From assembly GCA_963703575.1 (NCBI GenBank), contig CAVPEU010000016.1, positions 3,292-67,291 on the forward strand: DNA of 64,000 nt, read 5' to 3'. The position numbers were made by a program, and so were the translations under genes. The DNA comes from an uncultured Chloroflexia bacterium (GTDB lineage: Bacteria > Chloroflexota > Limnocylindria > Limnocylindrales > CSP1-4). Positions 46,727 to 56,559 of the stretch are shown piece after piece (position 1 is the stretch's first letter; each line of letters begins with the position of its first letter). The notes beneath the pieces are model-generated. The model searched no databases. It had not been told where the DNA came from and saw nothing but the letters and a program-made list of their open reading frames with translations.

Positions 46727-48208
46727 TCAGCCGCCGCGCACCAGTCGCTCGCCGGTGGTGACGAGCCGGTCGCGCGCCTCTGCGCTGCCGGCCTCCGTGT
46801 AGACGCGGACGAGGGGCTCGGTGCCGCTCGCGCGGACCAGCAGCCACGACCCGTCCGCCAGGAACCACTTGAAGCCGTCACCCGTGTCGAGGACCTGGGT
46901 GCGGGCGATCGGCTCACCGGCCAGGTCGGTCGGCGGCTGCTCCCGCAGGCCGACGAGGATCCGCCGCTTCACGCCGTCGTAGGACACGCGATCGAAGTGG
47001 ACGTCGATGCGGCGATAGAACGACGGCCCGGCCAGCTCGTGGAACCGCTCCACGGCCCGCGACACCGGCCAGTTGCCCCGCGCGCGCTCCTTGAGGAACA
47101 GGTCCAGGAGCATCAGGTCCGCGTAGATCCCGTCGCGCTCGGGCAGGTGCATCCCGAAGCCGTAGCCCCCGGATTCCTCCGCGCCGAGCATCGCGCCGGT
47201 CTCGATCATCTTCGGCCCGATGAACTTGAAGCCGACCGGGACCTCGAACGTCTCGATCCCGTAGTGCCGCCCGAGCGTCGCCGCGGTGGACGTGTTGTTC
47301 ACGCTGACCACGACCGGGTCGCGCAAACCGCGGTGCTCCGCGAGGTAGTACATGAGCAGGCCGGTGACCTCCAGCTGGTGGAGGAACGAGCCGCGCTCGT
47401 CGGCGGCACCCGCCCGGTCCGCGTCGCCGTCCAGGAGCAGCCCCAGGTCGTAGCCGCCGGCGGCCAGCAGGGCGAGGGCCTCGTCCACGTTTGGCCGGAT
47501 CGGTTCCGGGTTCACGCCGCCGAAGTACGGGTTGCGCTCGCCGTGGATCTCGGTCACCCGGATCCGGCCACCGGCAAGCAGCCGCGGGATCCAGCCGGAG
47601 CCCGCGCCGTACAGCGGCTCGACCAGGATGGAGACGTCCGCCGCCTTGAGCGCATCGAGGTCCAGTGTCCGGCGCACGAACCGCTCGTAGCCCGGGAACG
47701 GGTCGAACCACTCGACGAGCCCGGCGGCCTCGGCATCCGCGAACGGCCGGCGCTCGATCGCCCGGCCGCCGTTGTCCGCGATCGCGGCCTCGATGACCGA
47801 CAGGATCTCCGCGCCGGCGGCCGCGCCCGTTGGCGCCTTGACCTTGAACCCGTTGTCCGTCCAGGGGTTGTGCGAGGCGGTGATCACGATGCCGGCCGCC
47901 GCGCCACGCTGGACCACCTCGTAGGAGCTCATCTGGGTCGGCACCGCGGTCCGGCTGATCGCGACCTGGATGTCGCGGGCCATGAGGACCTCGGCCGCGG
48001 CCTGCGCGAAGTGCTCGGACGCGAACCGCCGGTCGTACGCGACGACGACGCCCCTGGCCTGCTCCCCTCGCCCGGCCACGTAGCGCGCGACGCCGTCGGC
48101 GCAGCGCCGCACGTTCTGGAACGTGAACTCGTCGGCCACGCGGGCCCGCCAGCCGTCGGTCCCGAACGCGATCCGGGTGGGAGTGGGCGCGTCCGCCACG
48201 TTCGTCAT
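46727..48208 (-). CDS. Phosphoglucomutase/phosphomannomutase
   Basis: FGTDGWR, ITASHNP, DGDADR, GAEESGG, RASGTEP. Confidence 0.93.
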   Translation of the reverse strand: MTNVADAPTPTRIAFGTDGWRARVADEFTFQNVRRCADGVARYVAGRGEQARGVVVAYDRRFASEHFAQAAAEVLMARDIQVAISRTAVPTQMSSYEVVQRGAAAGIVITASHNPWTDNGFKVKAPTGAAAGAEILSVIEAAIADNGGRAIERRPFADAEAAGLVEWFDPFPGYERFVRRTLDLDALKAADVSILVEPLYGAGSGWIPRLLAGGRIRVTEIHGERNPYFGGVNPEPIRPNVDEALALLAAGGYDLGLLLDGDADRAGAADERGSFLHQLEVTGLLMYYLAEHRGLRDPVVVSVNNTSTAATLGRHYGIETFEVPVGFKFIGPKMIETGAMLGAEESGGYGFGMHLPERDGIYADLMLLDLFLKERARGNWPVSRAVERFHELAGPSFYRRIDVHFDRVSYDGVKRRILVGLREQPPTDLAGEPIARTQVLDTGDGFKWFLADGSWLLVRASGTEPLVRVYTEAGSAEARDRLVTTGERLVRGG

Positions 48209-49281
48209 CCGCGGGCCTCCGCTGCTGCGCACCGATCCAGGAGGGCCTGCACGATCGGGCGCGCCCCGCGGGCGCCGCGCAGGAGGGCGGTCGGCTGGTC
48301 GGGGGTGATCGTACCGTCCGGCGCCTCGCGCACGGTGAGGCCGGCCGCGTTCCGCTCGACCAGGAGGTCCCCGGCGACGGTCTCGCTGGTCGCTTCCGCC
48401 TCCATGACGCGTCCGTCGATGCCGGGCGCCCCGAGCACGTCCAGCAGCGCCGGCCAGCTCCCGATGTCCGTCCATCCGACGTGCATCGCGCCCATCACCA
48501 CGGACCCCGCCGCCGCTGCCGGCTCCATCACCGCGTAGTCGATCGAGCGCGGGGAAATCGCGGCATACTCGGCCGCCAGGACGCCGTCGCGGAGCCCGCG
48601 CGCGACGGCCCCGGCGACCTCCGGCGCGTGCGCCTCGAGGGCCGCCCGGATCGCGCCCCGGCGCCACAGGAACATGCCGGCGTTCCAGGCGACCCCGGGT
48701 GTCCGCCACAGCCGCCGTGCCTCGTCGATCGGCGGCTTCTCCCGGAACGCCTCCAGCGGATAGGCCTGCAGGCCATCGATCATCCGGCCGCTCCCCCGGG
48801 GGACCAGGTAGCCGTACTGCGTCGCCGCGTACGCGGCCTCGACTCCGAGCGTGACGAGCGGAAGGTCGATCCCGAACGGGTGATCGGTGAGCCCCCGCGC
48901 GGCATCCCGGAGCACCGCCCGGAACCCGGCCTCGTCCGCCGGCTCGATGCGGTGGTCCGCCGGCAGCACGACCATCACGTCGTCCTCGTCCCGCTCGACC
49001 TGGAGCGTCGCGAGGGCGATCGCCGCCGCCGTGTTGCGCCCCTCGGGCTCGACGACGAGCCGCGCGCCGGGCAGCTGCGCCGCCACCAGGGGGCCGTAGC
49101 GCGCGGCCGCCACGACGTACACGTCCACCTCGCCCAGCTCCGGTCCCCGCAGCCGCGCGACCGTCCGCTCCAGCAGGGTCTCGCCCGTGGGCAGCAGGGG
49201 GAGGAACGGCTTGGGCCGGACCGCGGTGCTGAGCGGGCGCAGCCGCGTGCCCCCGCCCCCGGCCATGATCACGACATACAT
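48205..49281 (-). CDS. manC: Mannose-1-phosphate guanylyltransferase
   Basis: IMAGGGGTRL.P.S....PK, EPEGRNTA, LPADH, FREKP, WNAGMF, SIDYAVME, GWTDIGSW. Confidence 0.88.
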   Translation of the reverse strand: MYVVIMAGGGGTRLRPLSTAVRPKPFLPLLPTGETLLERTVARLRGPELGEVDVYVVAAARYGPLVAAQLPGARLVVEPEGRNTAAAIALATLQVERDEDDVMVVLPADHRIEPADEAGFRAVLRDAARGLTDHPFGIDLPLVTLGVEAAYAATQYGYLVPRGSGRMIDGLQAYPLEAFREKPPIDEARRLWRTPGVAWNAGMFLWRRGAIRAALEAHAPEVAGAVARGLRDGVLAAEYAAISPRSIDYAVMEPAAAAGSVVMGAMHVGWTDIGSWPALLDVLGAPGIDGRVMEAEATSETVAGDLLVERNAAGLTVREAPDGTITPDQPTALLRGARGARPIVQALLDRCAAAEARG

Positions 49282-49295
49282 CGCGCCCATTCTAG

Positions 49296-49500
49296 GGAGC
49301 CCCGGAGACCGGGACACCGGGGCACCGGGAGCCCCGGGACACCGGGACACCGCTGACGGGCGCGGCGACCTCGATGCTGCGGCCGCCGACGGTGACCATC
49401 TGCCGGTCGGCCGGCTCGTGGCCCGCGGCTACTCGTGGCCCGCAGCTGCGCGTGGCCCCGAGGCTACTCGTGCCTGCGGCTACTCGTGGCCCGCGGCTAC
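49296..49500. repeat. Two intergenic tandem repeat arrays (9-bp and 17-bp units)
   Basis: CCGGGACAC-like x~6 at 49296-49352; GGCTACTCGTGGCCCGC-like x~5 at 49415-49500. Confidence 0.8.
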
Positions 49501-50720
49501 CTGACCGCGCTCAGCTCCGGCTCCGGGAGGCCGGCCTCCGAGGCCAGCAGCGCCGCCTTGTCGGTGCGCTCCCAGGGCAGGTCCAGGTCCTCGCGGCCGA
49601 AATGGCCGTAGGCGGCTGTCTGGCGGTAGATCGGCCGCCGGAGGTCCAGCGCGTCGATGATCGCCGCAGGCCGCAGGTCGAAGTGCCGTTCCACCAGCTG
49701 CTGGATCCGCTCGTCGTCGATCCTGCCGGTCCCGAACGTCTCGACCGACAGCGAGATCGGCCGGGCGATCCCGATGCCGTACGCCACCTCGAGCTCGAAC
49801 CGGTCGGCGAGGCCCGCGGCCACCACGTTCTTGGCCACCCATCGCGCCGCGTAGGCCGCCGAGCGGTCCACCTTCGTCGGATCCTTGCCGCTGAACGCCC
49901 CGCCGCCGTGGCGGGCCATCCCGCCGTAGGAATCCACGATGATCTTGCGCCCGGTCAGGCCGGCGTCGCCCATCGGGCCGCCGGTCACGAACCGCCCTGT
50001 CGGGTTCACGTGCATCACGGGATCAACGGGCCGCAGGTCCTCGGGGATGGTGGGCAGGATCACGCTCTCCGCGATGTCGGAGCGGATGCGCTCCGCCCGC
50101 ACGTCCGGGTCGTGCTGCGCCGAGACGACGACGGTCCGCACCCGCTTGGGCACACCGCGCTCGTACTCGACCGTGACCTGGGTCTTGCCGTCGGGCCGCA
50201 GGTAGTGCAGCTGGCCGGAACGGCGGACCTCGGCCAGGCGACGGGCCATGCGGTGCGCGAGGGCGATCGGGAGCGGCATCAGCTCCGGCGTCTCGCGGCA
50301 GGCGAAGCCGAACATCATCCCCTGGTCGCCCGCCCCCAGCTCCCGGTGCGGCCGGTTGTCGTCCCTGACCTCCAGTGCCTCGTCCACGCCCTGCGCGATG
50401 TCCGTCGACTGTTCCTTGACGCTCACGATCGTGCCACAGGTGAGGTAGTCGAAGCCGTACTCGGCCTTCGTGTAGCCGATGTCGCGGACCGTGTCCCGGA
50501 CGACCGACTGGAAGTCGATGTAGGTCGAGGTCGTGATCTCGCCCATCACCACCACGAGGCCGGTCGTGGTCGCCGTCTCGCAGGCGACGCGCGCGTCGGG
50601 GTCGTCACGGATGATCGCGTCCAGGATGGCGTCCGAGATCTGGTCGCACATCTTGTCCGGGTGGCCTTCGGTGACCGACTCGGAGGTGAACAGGTACTGG
50701 TCGGCGTCGACGATGCTCAT
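49497..50720 (-). CDS. metK: S-adenosylmethionine synthase
   Basis: [38 protein letters not shown]. Confidence 0.97.
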   Translation of the reverse strand: MSIVDADQYLFTSESVTEGHPDKMCDQISDAILDAIIRDDPDARVACETATTTGLVVVMGEITTSTYIDFQSVVRDTVRDIGYTKAEYGFDYLTCGTIVSVKEQSTDIAQGVDEALEVRDDNRPHRELGAGDQGMMFGFACRETPELMPLPIALAHRMARRLAEVRRSGQLHYLRPDGKTQVTVEYERGVPKRVRTVVVSAQHDPDVRAERIRSDIAESVILPTIPEDLRPVDPVMHVNPTGRFVTGGPMGDAGLTGRKIIVDSYGGMARHGGGAFSGKDPTKVDRSAAYAARWVAKNVVAAGLADRFELEVAYGIGIARPISLSVETFGTGRIDDERIQQLVERHFDLRPAAIIDALDLRRPIYRQTAAYGHFGREDLDLPWERTDKAALLASEAGLPEPELSAVR

Positions 50721-50924
50721 GACACTCCGGAATCGATCCTCGAGCGGGCTGGATCGGGGGAGCGTACCACCGGCGTCGGCACGGCCGGCCGGCAGGGCAT
50801 GCACTGTCGGCCCGGACGTCCCGGCGCCGGCCCCGCGGATCATGGCGAGGGATTGCCGACGCGCGGGATGTGGCCCATGATGCGCACGCTTGGTGATTGG
50901 TCGAACATGGAGAGCGAGCGTCCC

Positions 50925-51326
50925 ATGACCGAGGAGCCGATGGGCCACGACTCCGGGGCCGTCCCGCACCCGAAGTTCCGGGCGTGGCTGCGACGGGACA
51001 GCATCGTTCAGCTGGTGTGGGCACCACGGTCCCCGATGGCTCTCGACGACGCCATCGCGGCGATCGAGGCGACGGCCCAGCTGACCGGCGGGCGACAGGG
51101 CCCCCTGCTGGTGGACATTCGTGACATCGGCCCGATGGATCGGCCCGCACGTACCGAGTTCACGCGCCGCGGTGACCTGGTGTCGGCCGTCGCCTTGGTC
51201 GTCGACACCCCCCTCAGCCGGGTCATGGGCAACTTCTTCCTCAGCGTGAGCAAACCGGTCGCGCCGACACGGCTGTTCGAGGACGAGGCCTCCGCGCTCG
51301 CCTGGCTCCGGGAGTTCGTCCCCTGA
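50925..51326 (+). CDS. Small STAS/SEC14-like alpha/beta sensor protein
   Basis: [45 protein letters not shown]; start 50907 or 50925. Confidence 0.65.
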   Translation: MTEEPMGHDSGAVPHPKFRAWLRRDSIVQLVWAPRSPMALDDAIAAIEATAQLTGGRQGPLLVDIRDIGPMDRPARTEFTRRGDLVSAVALVVDTPLSRVMGNFFLSVSKPVAPTRLFEDEASALAWLREFVP

Positions 51327-51343
51327 CAGCGGAACCTGAGCCG

Positions 51344-52174
51344 GTGGACCCTGAGGCTCGGTCGCGCGCCCGGGCACCTGTCCCGTCTCCCCCCGGACCA
51401 GCGCCGGACCGGGACGACGGGCGGCGGGCTCTCGAGAGGCGCCTCGAGGACGTCGTGAGCACGATCCAGGAGTTCGCCGACCTGCGGTTCGACGTCCGCG
51501 CTCCGGTCGGTCCGGACGGCGACATCGTCGATGCCGTCGCGGCCGGCGTGAACTTCCTCGGCGAGGAGCTCGATGCTTCATTCCGGGACCTCGAGCACCG
51601 AGTCGCGGACCGAACGGCCGAGCTCACGCTGGCAACGGAGGAGCTCCGCCGCCGGTCGCTTCACGACGGGTTGACCGGCCTGGCGAACCGCGCCCTCGGC
51701 CTGGAGCGCCTCTCCTACCGCCTGGAGCTCGCGAACCGGCGTCGGGACGCCTTCGCGGTCCTGTTCCTGGATCTCGACGAGTTCAAGGTTGTCAACGACA
51801 CCCTGGGCCATGCCGCCGGTGATCGACTGCTCGTCGATGTGGCGGCACGCCTTCGTCTCGCGCTTCGGTCGGGTGATGCCGCGGCTCGCATGGGTGGCGA
51901 TGAGTTTGTCGTGCTGCTCGACGAGGTAGCCACGGCGGAGACGGCCATGGCCGTTGCCGAGCGCCTCGGCGAGGCGCTCCGGGCACCGTACGAGATCGCA
52001 GGGAAGCCGCGGATCGTGCCGGCCAGTATCGGCGTCGCCGTCGGCCCGGCGGGCTTCCGGACCGCCGACGATGTGGTCGCCGCCGCCGACGCCGCGATGT
52101 ACGAGGCGAAGCGGCGCGGCGGGGGACGATGCGTGCTCTACACCGAGTCCCTGCACAGGATGCGGGACCGCTGA
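51344..52174 (+). CDS. Diguanylate cyclase (HAMP-like + GGDEF)
   Basis: [42 protein letters not shown]. Confidence 0.92.
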   Translation: MDPEARSRARAPVPSPPGPAPDRDDGRRALERRLEDVVSTIQEFADLRFDVRAPVGPDGDIVDAVAAGVNFLGEELDASFRDLEHRVADRTAELTLATEELRRRSLHDGLTGLANRALGLERLSYRLELANRRRDAFAVLFLDLDEFKVVNDTLGHAAGDRLLVDVAARLRLALRSGDAAARMGGDEFVVLLDEVATAETAMAVAERLGEALRAPYEIAGKPRIVPASIGVAVGPAGFRTADDVVAAADAAMYEAKRRGGGRCVLYTESLHRMRDR

Positions 52175-52361
52175 TCGCGGCGGCGAGCGTCAGGCGACCG
52201 CCAGCCGAAGAGACGTCTGGCGGTCCGTCAGCGAGCGCCGGCCGCGGTGCGCGGGCACGCCGGAAACAGGGTCGCCGCGATGGTGGCTCGGTCGCAATCT
52301 TGCTATCGTGCCCTCAAGCTGGATGGCCGCTTGGTGGTCGTCCGGATCAGGGAGGCGTCTG

Positions 52362-55300
52362 GTGAGTGGATCCGGGACCGGACCCGGTCGCGGGGGGCAC
52401 AGGCGAAACGGTCCCTCGAACCCGGAGACGAGCCCGAACCCGGAGACGAGCCCGAGACCGGAGACGAGCCCGAGACCGGGGGCGCGCCCAACACTCGAGG
52501 CGACGCCCGGCGAGCCGGGACCGGTGCGGCCGGCAGGCCGGGTCGATCACAGTCGTGCGTCCGTCATGTTCCACTCTGCCCGCAGCGCTCTCCTGCGTGC
52601 CGGGGACGAGGCCGAGCTGCTTGACCTGATCTGCCGGATCGCGGTCCATGAAGCCGGCTATCGACTTGCCTGGGTCGGGCTCGCCGAGGATGATCCGGAG
52701 CGGACCGTCCGCCCGGTCGCCCATGCCGGCAATGGGGCCGAATATCTCGGATCGATCAAGGTCACGTGGGCTGACACCCTGCTGGGCAAGGGGCCAACCG
52801 GGACGGCGATCCGTACGGGTCGCCCTGTCGTCGGCCGGAACTTCTTCGCCGATCCCGAGCTCGCCCCGTGGCGGGAGGCGGCGCTCCGGCACGGCTTCGC
52901 CTCCTCCGCCGCGCTCCCCCTTCGAGCTGGTGACGGCACGTTCGGTGCGCTCTCGCTCTATGCCGCCGAGCCGAATGCCATCACCGCCGACGAGGTGGCC
53001 CTGCTCGCCGGCCTGGCCGATGACCTCGCGCTCGGGATCACGACCCTGCGGGCCCGTGCCTCTCGCGACGCATCCGAGGAAGGACTCCTCCGAAGCGAGC
53101 GCAATCTCGCCGAGGCGCAGCGGATCGCCCACATCGGCAGCTGGGACTGGGACCTCGCGACCGACACCGCCGAGCGATCCGAGGAGCTGTTCCGGATCTT
53201 CGGGGTGGAGCCAGCCGCGATCCACGGGACGAGCGAGGCATTCCTCGCGTACGTCCATCCCGATGATCGAGCCCGGGTGCAGGCGTCCCAGCGGCCGGCG
53301 GCCGGCGGCAGCGGCCGGCATGACCTCGACTACCGGATCATCCGGCCCGACGGCGCCGTCCGGATCCTCCACGAGCTGGGAGGGCTCATTCGTGACCCGG
53401 CGGGCACACCGGTCCGAATGGTCGGCACCGTCCAGGACGTCACCGAGCGGGTCGAGATCGAGGCGCAGCTGGCGCGCTCGGCGCGGCTGCTCGATGAGCT
53501 GTTGAGCGAAGTCTATGTCCTGGACTCCGAGTCCCTGCGCTTCACGGATGCCAACGCCAGCGCGCTCCAGAGCCTCGGGCGCTCCCTCGATGAGCTCCGT
53601 GGGCTGGCACTTCCCGACATCGAGCCCGGGGACACCCTGGCCTCGATCGTCGAGCTGGTGGCCCCGCTTCGCACCGGCGAGCGTGAGCAGGTCACCTTCC
53701 GGACGAGCCACCGCCGCAAGGACGGCTCCACCTACCCCGTCGAGGTGCGCGTCCATCTCCTGGCCACCGAGACGCCACCGGCCTTCGTGGCGGTCGTCCA
53801 GGACATCAGCGAACAGGTCGCGGCGGATGAAGAACGAGCCCGACTCGCCTCGGCCGTCGAGCAGACCGCGGACGCGGTCTGGATGCAGGACGCCGACGGC
53901 ATCGTCACCTTCGTCAACCGGTCCTTCAGCCGGATGTACGGCTACGAGCCGGACGAGATCGTCGGGCGCTTCGCGGGGATCGTCGACAGCGGCCACCAGG
54001 AGCGCGCCTCCTTCGATGCGATCTGGGCATCCGTGGCATCGGGCAAGACCTGGACGGGCTCGATCGTCAACCGCCGAAAGGATGGATCGCACCTCGAGGT
54101 CGAGGCCGTCATCTCGGGGATTCGCGATGCTGCCGGCCGCCTGGTCAGCTACATGCAGACCGACCGCGACGTCTCCCGGGAGCGCACCCTCGAGCGCGCG
54201 CTCGCCCGCGGAGCGCGCGAGCGCGAGGCGATCGAGGCGGCCCTCAAACGGCTCGACCCGGAGGGGACCCCGGAAGCGATCGCCGGAGCCGCATGCGCCG
54301 AGATCCTGCGGCTGGCGGGGGTCGACTCAGCCTTTGCGATCAGCGTCGGGGCAGGCCGCGGGCGGATCGTCGCCGCGGCGGGACGAGTGGAGAACGTCCT
54401 GACCGTGGGGGCGTCGATCCCCGAGGCACGGGCGCGCTACCTCCTTGACCGGGCCGTCGTCGGGCCGTGGGCAGAGACCCTGCACAACGGGCCCCAAGAC
54501 GGCACCTACGGCGAGACGATCGGCGCAACCGACTTTCGCGCCACCGTCTACGCCCCGCTCAGTGGATCTCATGGGGTTGTCGGCGTGATCGGCTTCAGCG
54601 CCCACGACCCGGCCAACGCTGAGGGGATCATCGAGCGCCTGCCGGCCTTCGCGACCTTCGGCTCGATCATCGGGGCGCTCGTCGCGCCAGGTCTCGAGGC
54701 CCGCCATCGAGAGGACGACGCCCGGGCGATCATCCAGGCGATCCTCGACACCGGCGCCTTCACCCCGTTCTTCCAGCCGATCGTCGAGCTCCACACCGGG
54801 ACGGTCCTCGGGTACGAGGCGCTCAGTCGTTTCGCCGACGGGACGCAACCCGACATCGTGTTCCGGATGGCCGAACGGGCGGGACTCGGGATGGAGCTCG
54901 AGATGGCCACGCTCCGCGCGGCGCTCGAGGCGGCCACCGTCCTCCCGCCCGCGACGTACCTCAGCCTCAATGCCTCCCCGGACCTGATCCTCTCGGGCGC
55001 GCTCCGGGAGCTCCTGGCCGGGTCCACGCGAGAGATTGCCCTTGAGGTCACCGAGCACGTCGTCGTCGACGACTACGGCGCGCTCCGGCGCGCGCTCATG
55101 GCACTCGGGCCGGCCGTCCGCCTCGCGGTCGACGATGCCGGCGCCGGGTACGCCAGCCTCCGGCACATCCTCGAGCTCGCTCCTGACCTCGTGAAGCTCG
55201 ACATCGGCCTCATCCGCGGGATCAACACGGATCCCGCTCGCCAGGCGCTCATCGCCGGGATGTCCTACTTCGGGGTGAAGGGCAAGCTTCGACTCATCGC

Positions 55301-55442
55301 CGAGGGAATCGAGACCCCGGCCGAGCTCGCGACCCTGCGCTCGCTTGGGATCCCGTACGGCCAGGGCTATCTGCTCGGACGGCCCCGGGACGGCCGTCAG
55401 CCGGGGTCATGGCCGTCAGAGGTCGCCGTGGGCACGGGGTGA
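52362..55442 (+). CDS. GAF-PAS-PAS-PAS-GAF-like-EAL c-di-GMP phosphodiesterase
   Basis: GPTGTAIRTG (GAF); IGSWDWD..VHPDD and RRKDGS (PAS/PAC); FQPIV..YEALSRF, DDAGAGYASL, AEGIE; start uncertain (52362 has RBS GGGAGG; alternative 52566). Confidence 0.88.
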   Translation: MSGSGTGPGRGGHRRNGPSNPETSPNPETSPRPETSPRPGARPTLEATPGEPGPVRPAGRVDHSRASVMFHSARSALLRAGDEAELLDLICRIAVHEAGYRLAWVGLAEDDPERTVRPVAHAGNGAEYLGSIKVTWADTLLGKGPTGTAIRTGRPVVGRNFFADPELAPWREAALRHGFASSAALPLRAGDGTFGALSLYAAEPNAITADEVALLAGLADDLALGITTLRARASRDASEEGLLRSERNLAEAQRIAHIGSWDWDLATDTAERSEELFRIFGVEPAAIHGTSEAFLAYVHPDDRARVQASQRPAAGGSGRHDLDYRIIRPDGAVRILHELGGLIRDPAGTPVRMVGTVQDVTERVEIEAQLARSARLLDELLSEVYVLDSESLRFTDANASALQSLGRSLDELRGLALPDIEPGDTLASIVELVAPLRTGEREQVTFRTSHRRKDGSTYPVEVRVHLLATETPPAFVAVVQDISEQVAADEERARLASAVEQTADAVWMQDADGIVTFVNRSFSRMYGYEPDEIVGRFAGIVDSGHQERASFDAIWASVASGKTWTGSIVNRRKDGSHLEVEAVISGIRDAAGRLVSYMQTDRDVSRERTLERALARGAREREAIEAALKRLDPEGTPEAIAGAACAEILRLAGVDSAFAISVGAGRGRIVAAAGRVENVLTVGASIPEARARYLLDRAVVGPWAETLHNGPQDGTYGETIGATDFRATVYAPLSGSHGVVGVIGFSAHDPANAEGIIERLPAFATFGSIIGALVAPGLEARHREDDARAIIQAILDTGAFTPFFQPIVELHTGTVLGYEALSRFADGTQPDIVFRMAERAGLGMELEMATLRAALEAATVLPPATYLSLNASPDLILSGALRELLAGSTREIALEVTEHVVVDDYGALRRALMALGPAVRLAVDDAGAGYASLRHILELAPDLVKLDIGLIRGINTDPARQALIAGMSYFGVKGKLRLIAEGIETPAELATLRSLGIPYGQGYLLGRPRDGRQPGSWPSEVAVGTG

Positions 55443-55564
55443 GGGAGCGCGATCGTCCACGGGACGGCCGCTGCTGGTGGGGCAACGATGCCCCCACGGG
55501 TCCCGTGTGGCGTCGCCATTTGCCTCCGCGCGCTACGATCACGATCCAGGATGGAGGCGCGCGC

Positions 55565-55963
55565 ATGACCCGGATCCTCGTCGTCCAGCGCGACCCGGCG
55601 GTCGCAGAGCAGATGGCCGCCAGTCTTCGCGGTGCGGGCTATGAAACCGAGCTGTGCGGTGGGCCGGAACGAGAGGCGTGCCCGGTCATCGCCGATATGC
55701 CCTGCCCGCTCGTCGACCGAGCGGACGTCCTCGTCTACGACGCCTGGGTCGCCGGCGACGCCGTCGGAGGGCACCAGCTCGTCTCCGCGCTTCGCGAGGT
55801 GTACGTCGACCTCCCGGTCGTGCTCACGTCCGTGGACCAGTCGGTGGGCTGGGCGGAGCACGAAGGCCCGCATCGCGTGGTGCCGCTGGGCAGCCGGCCG
55901 AGCGACACGGAGCTGATCGGGGCGATCGAGGTCGCCCTCGGCGAGCAGGGGATGGCCGTCTGA
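55565..55963 (+). CDS. Atypical receiver-like domain protein with Cys-rich insert
   Basis: RILVV..LRGAGYE..CGGP....CP......CP..ADVLVYD..LPVVLTS; RBS GGAGG. Confidence 0.65.
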   Translation: MTRILVVQRDPAVAEQMAASLRGAGYETELCGGPEREACPVIADMPCPLVDRADVLVYDAWVAGDAVGGHQLVSALREVYVDLPVVLTSVDQSVGWAEHEGPHRVVPLGSRPSDTELIGAIEVALGEQGMAV

Positions 55964-56207
55964 GCTGATGCGTCCGTGCCCGCGAGCGTTCCTCGCCCTC
56001 GCCGGGCGGGGCGCTTCCGCGACGGCCCCCGGCACGCCTCTGGGCGGCCTCTCGCGTGACGGCCGGGCGGACGGCGCCAGGGCCGGGCCTGGCAGGGATC
56101 CGCGCCTGGCAGGGATCCGCGCCTGACGCGTATGGTGAAACCCCTTTCGACGCGTTGCTCGACAATTGGATACGCATGTGCTGCCGTCTGATGAATGACT
56201 ATTACTA

Positions 56208-56237
56208 TTGACAGGAGCTGTCTGTCTTGACCATACT
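56208..56237 (+). promoter_or_regulatory. Putative leaderless promoter of the second hipBA
   Basis: TTGACA (56208-56213)-N18-CATACT (56232-56237), ATG at 56245; AT-rich context. Confidence 0.55.
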
Positions 56238-56244
56238 ATGAGCC

Positions 56245-56559
56245 ATGAGCCGACCGGCAAGGATGCTGTTCCCCGCCACGCAGCGCCGCGCCGAAGGGCT
56301 CGGTGAGCGTCTCCGTGCCGCCCGCCTGCGGCGGCGGATGAGCGGGGCCGAGATGGCGGAGCGATCGTTCGTCTCCCGGACCACGCTGCGCAAGCTCGAG
56401 GCCGGCGACCTGTCGGTGAGCGCCGCGGTCCTCGCGCGCGTCCTCGAAGTGCTGGCGCTCGACGAGGACCTCGACCTGATCGCCGCCAGCGATGAGCTGG
56501 GCAACCGGCTCGCGGACGCCCGGACCCCGCTCCCTCATCGTCGCCGTTCGCTCGCCTGA
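56245..56559 (+). CDS. XRE HTH antitoxin (HipB-like)
   Basis: LGERLRAARLRRRMS..EMAER..VSRTTLRKLEAGD; TGATG overlap with hipA. Confidence 0.88.
   Translation: MSRPARMLFPATQRRAEGLGERLRAARLRRRMSGAEMAERSFVSRTTLRKLEAGDLSVSAAVLARVLEVLALDEDLDLIAASDELGNRLADARTPLPHRRRSLA

Noticed and set aside
49415-49500. Possible CRISPR or iteron array
   Set aside because: 17-bp degenerate units abut directly with no spacers; no rep gene nearby.
50721-50900. SAM or SAH riboswitch upstream of metK
   Set aside because: No SAM-I or SAH consensus recognisable by eye; an Infernal scan would be needed to exclude variants.
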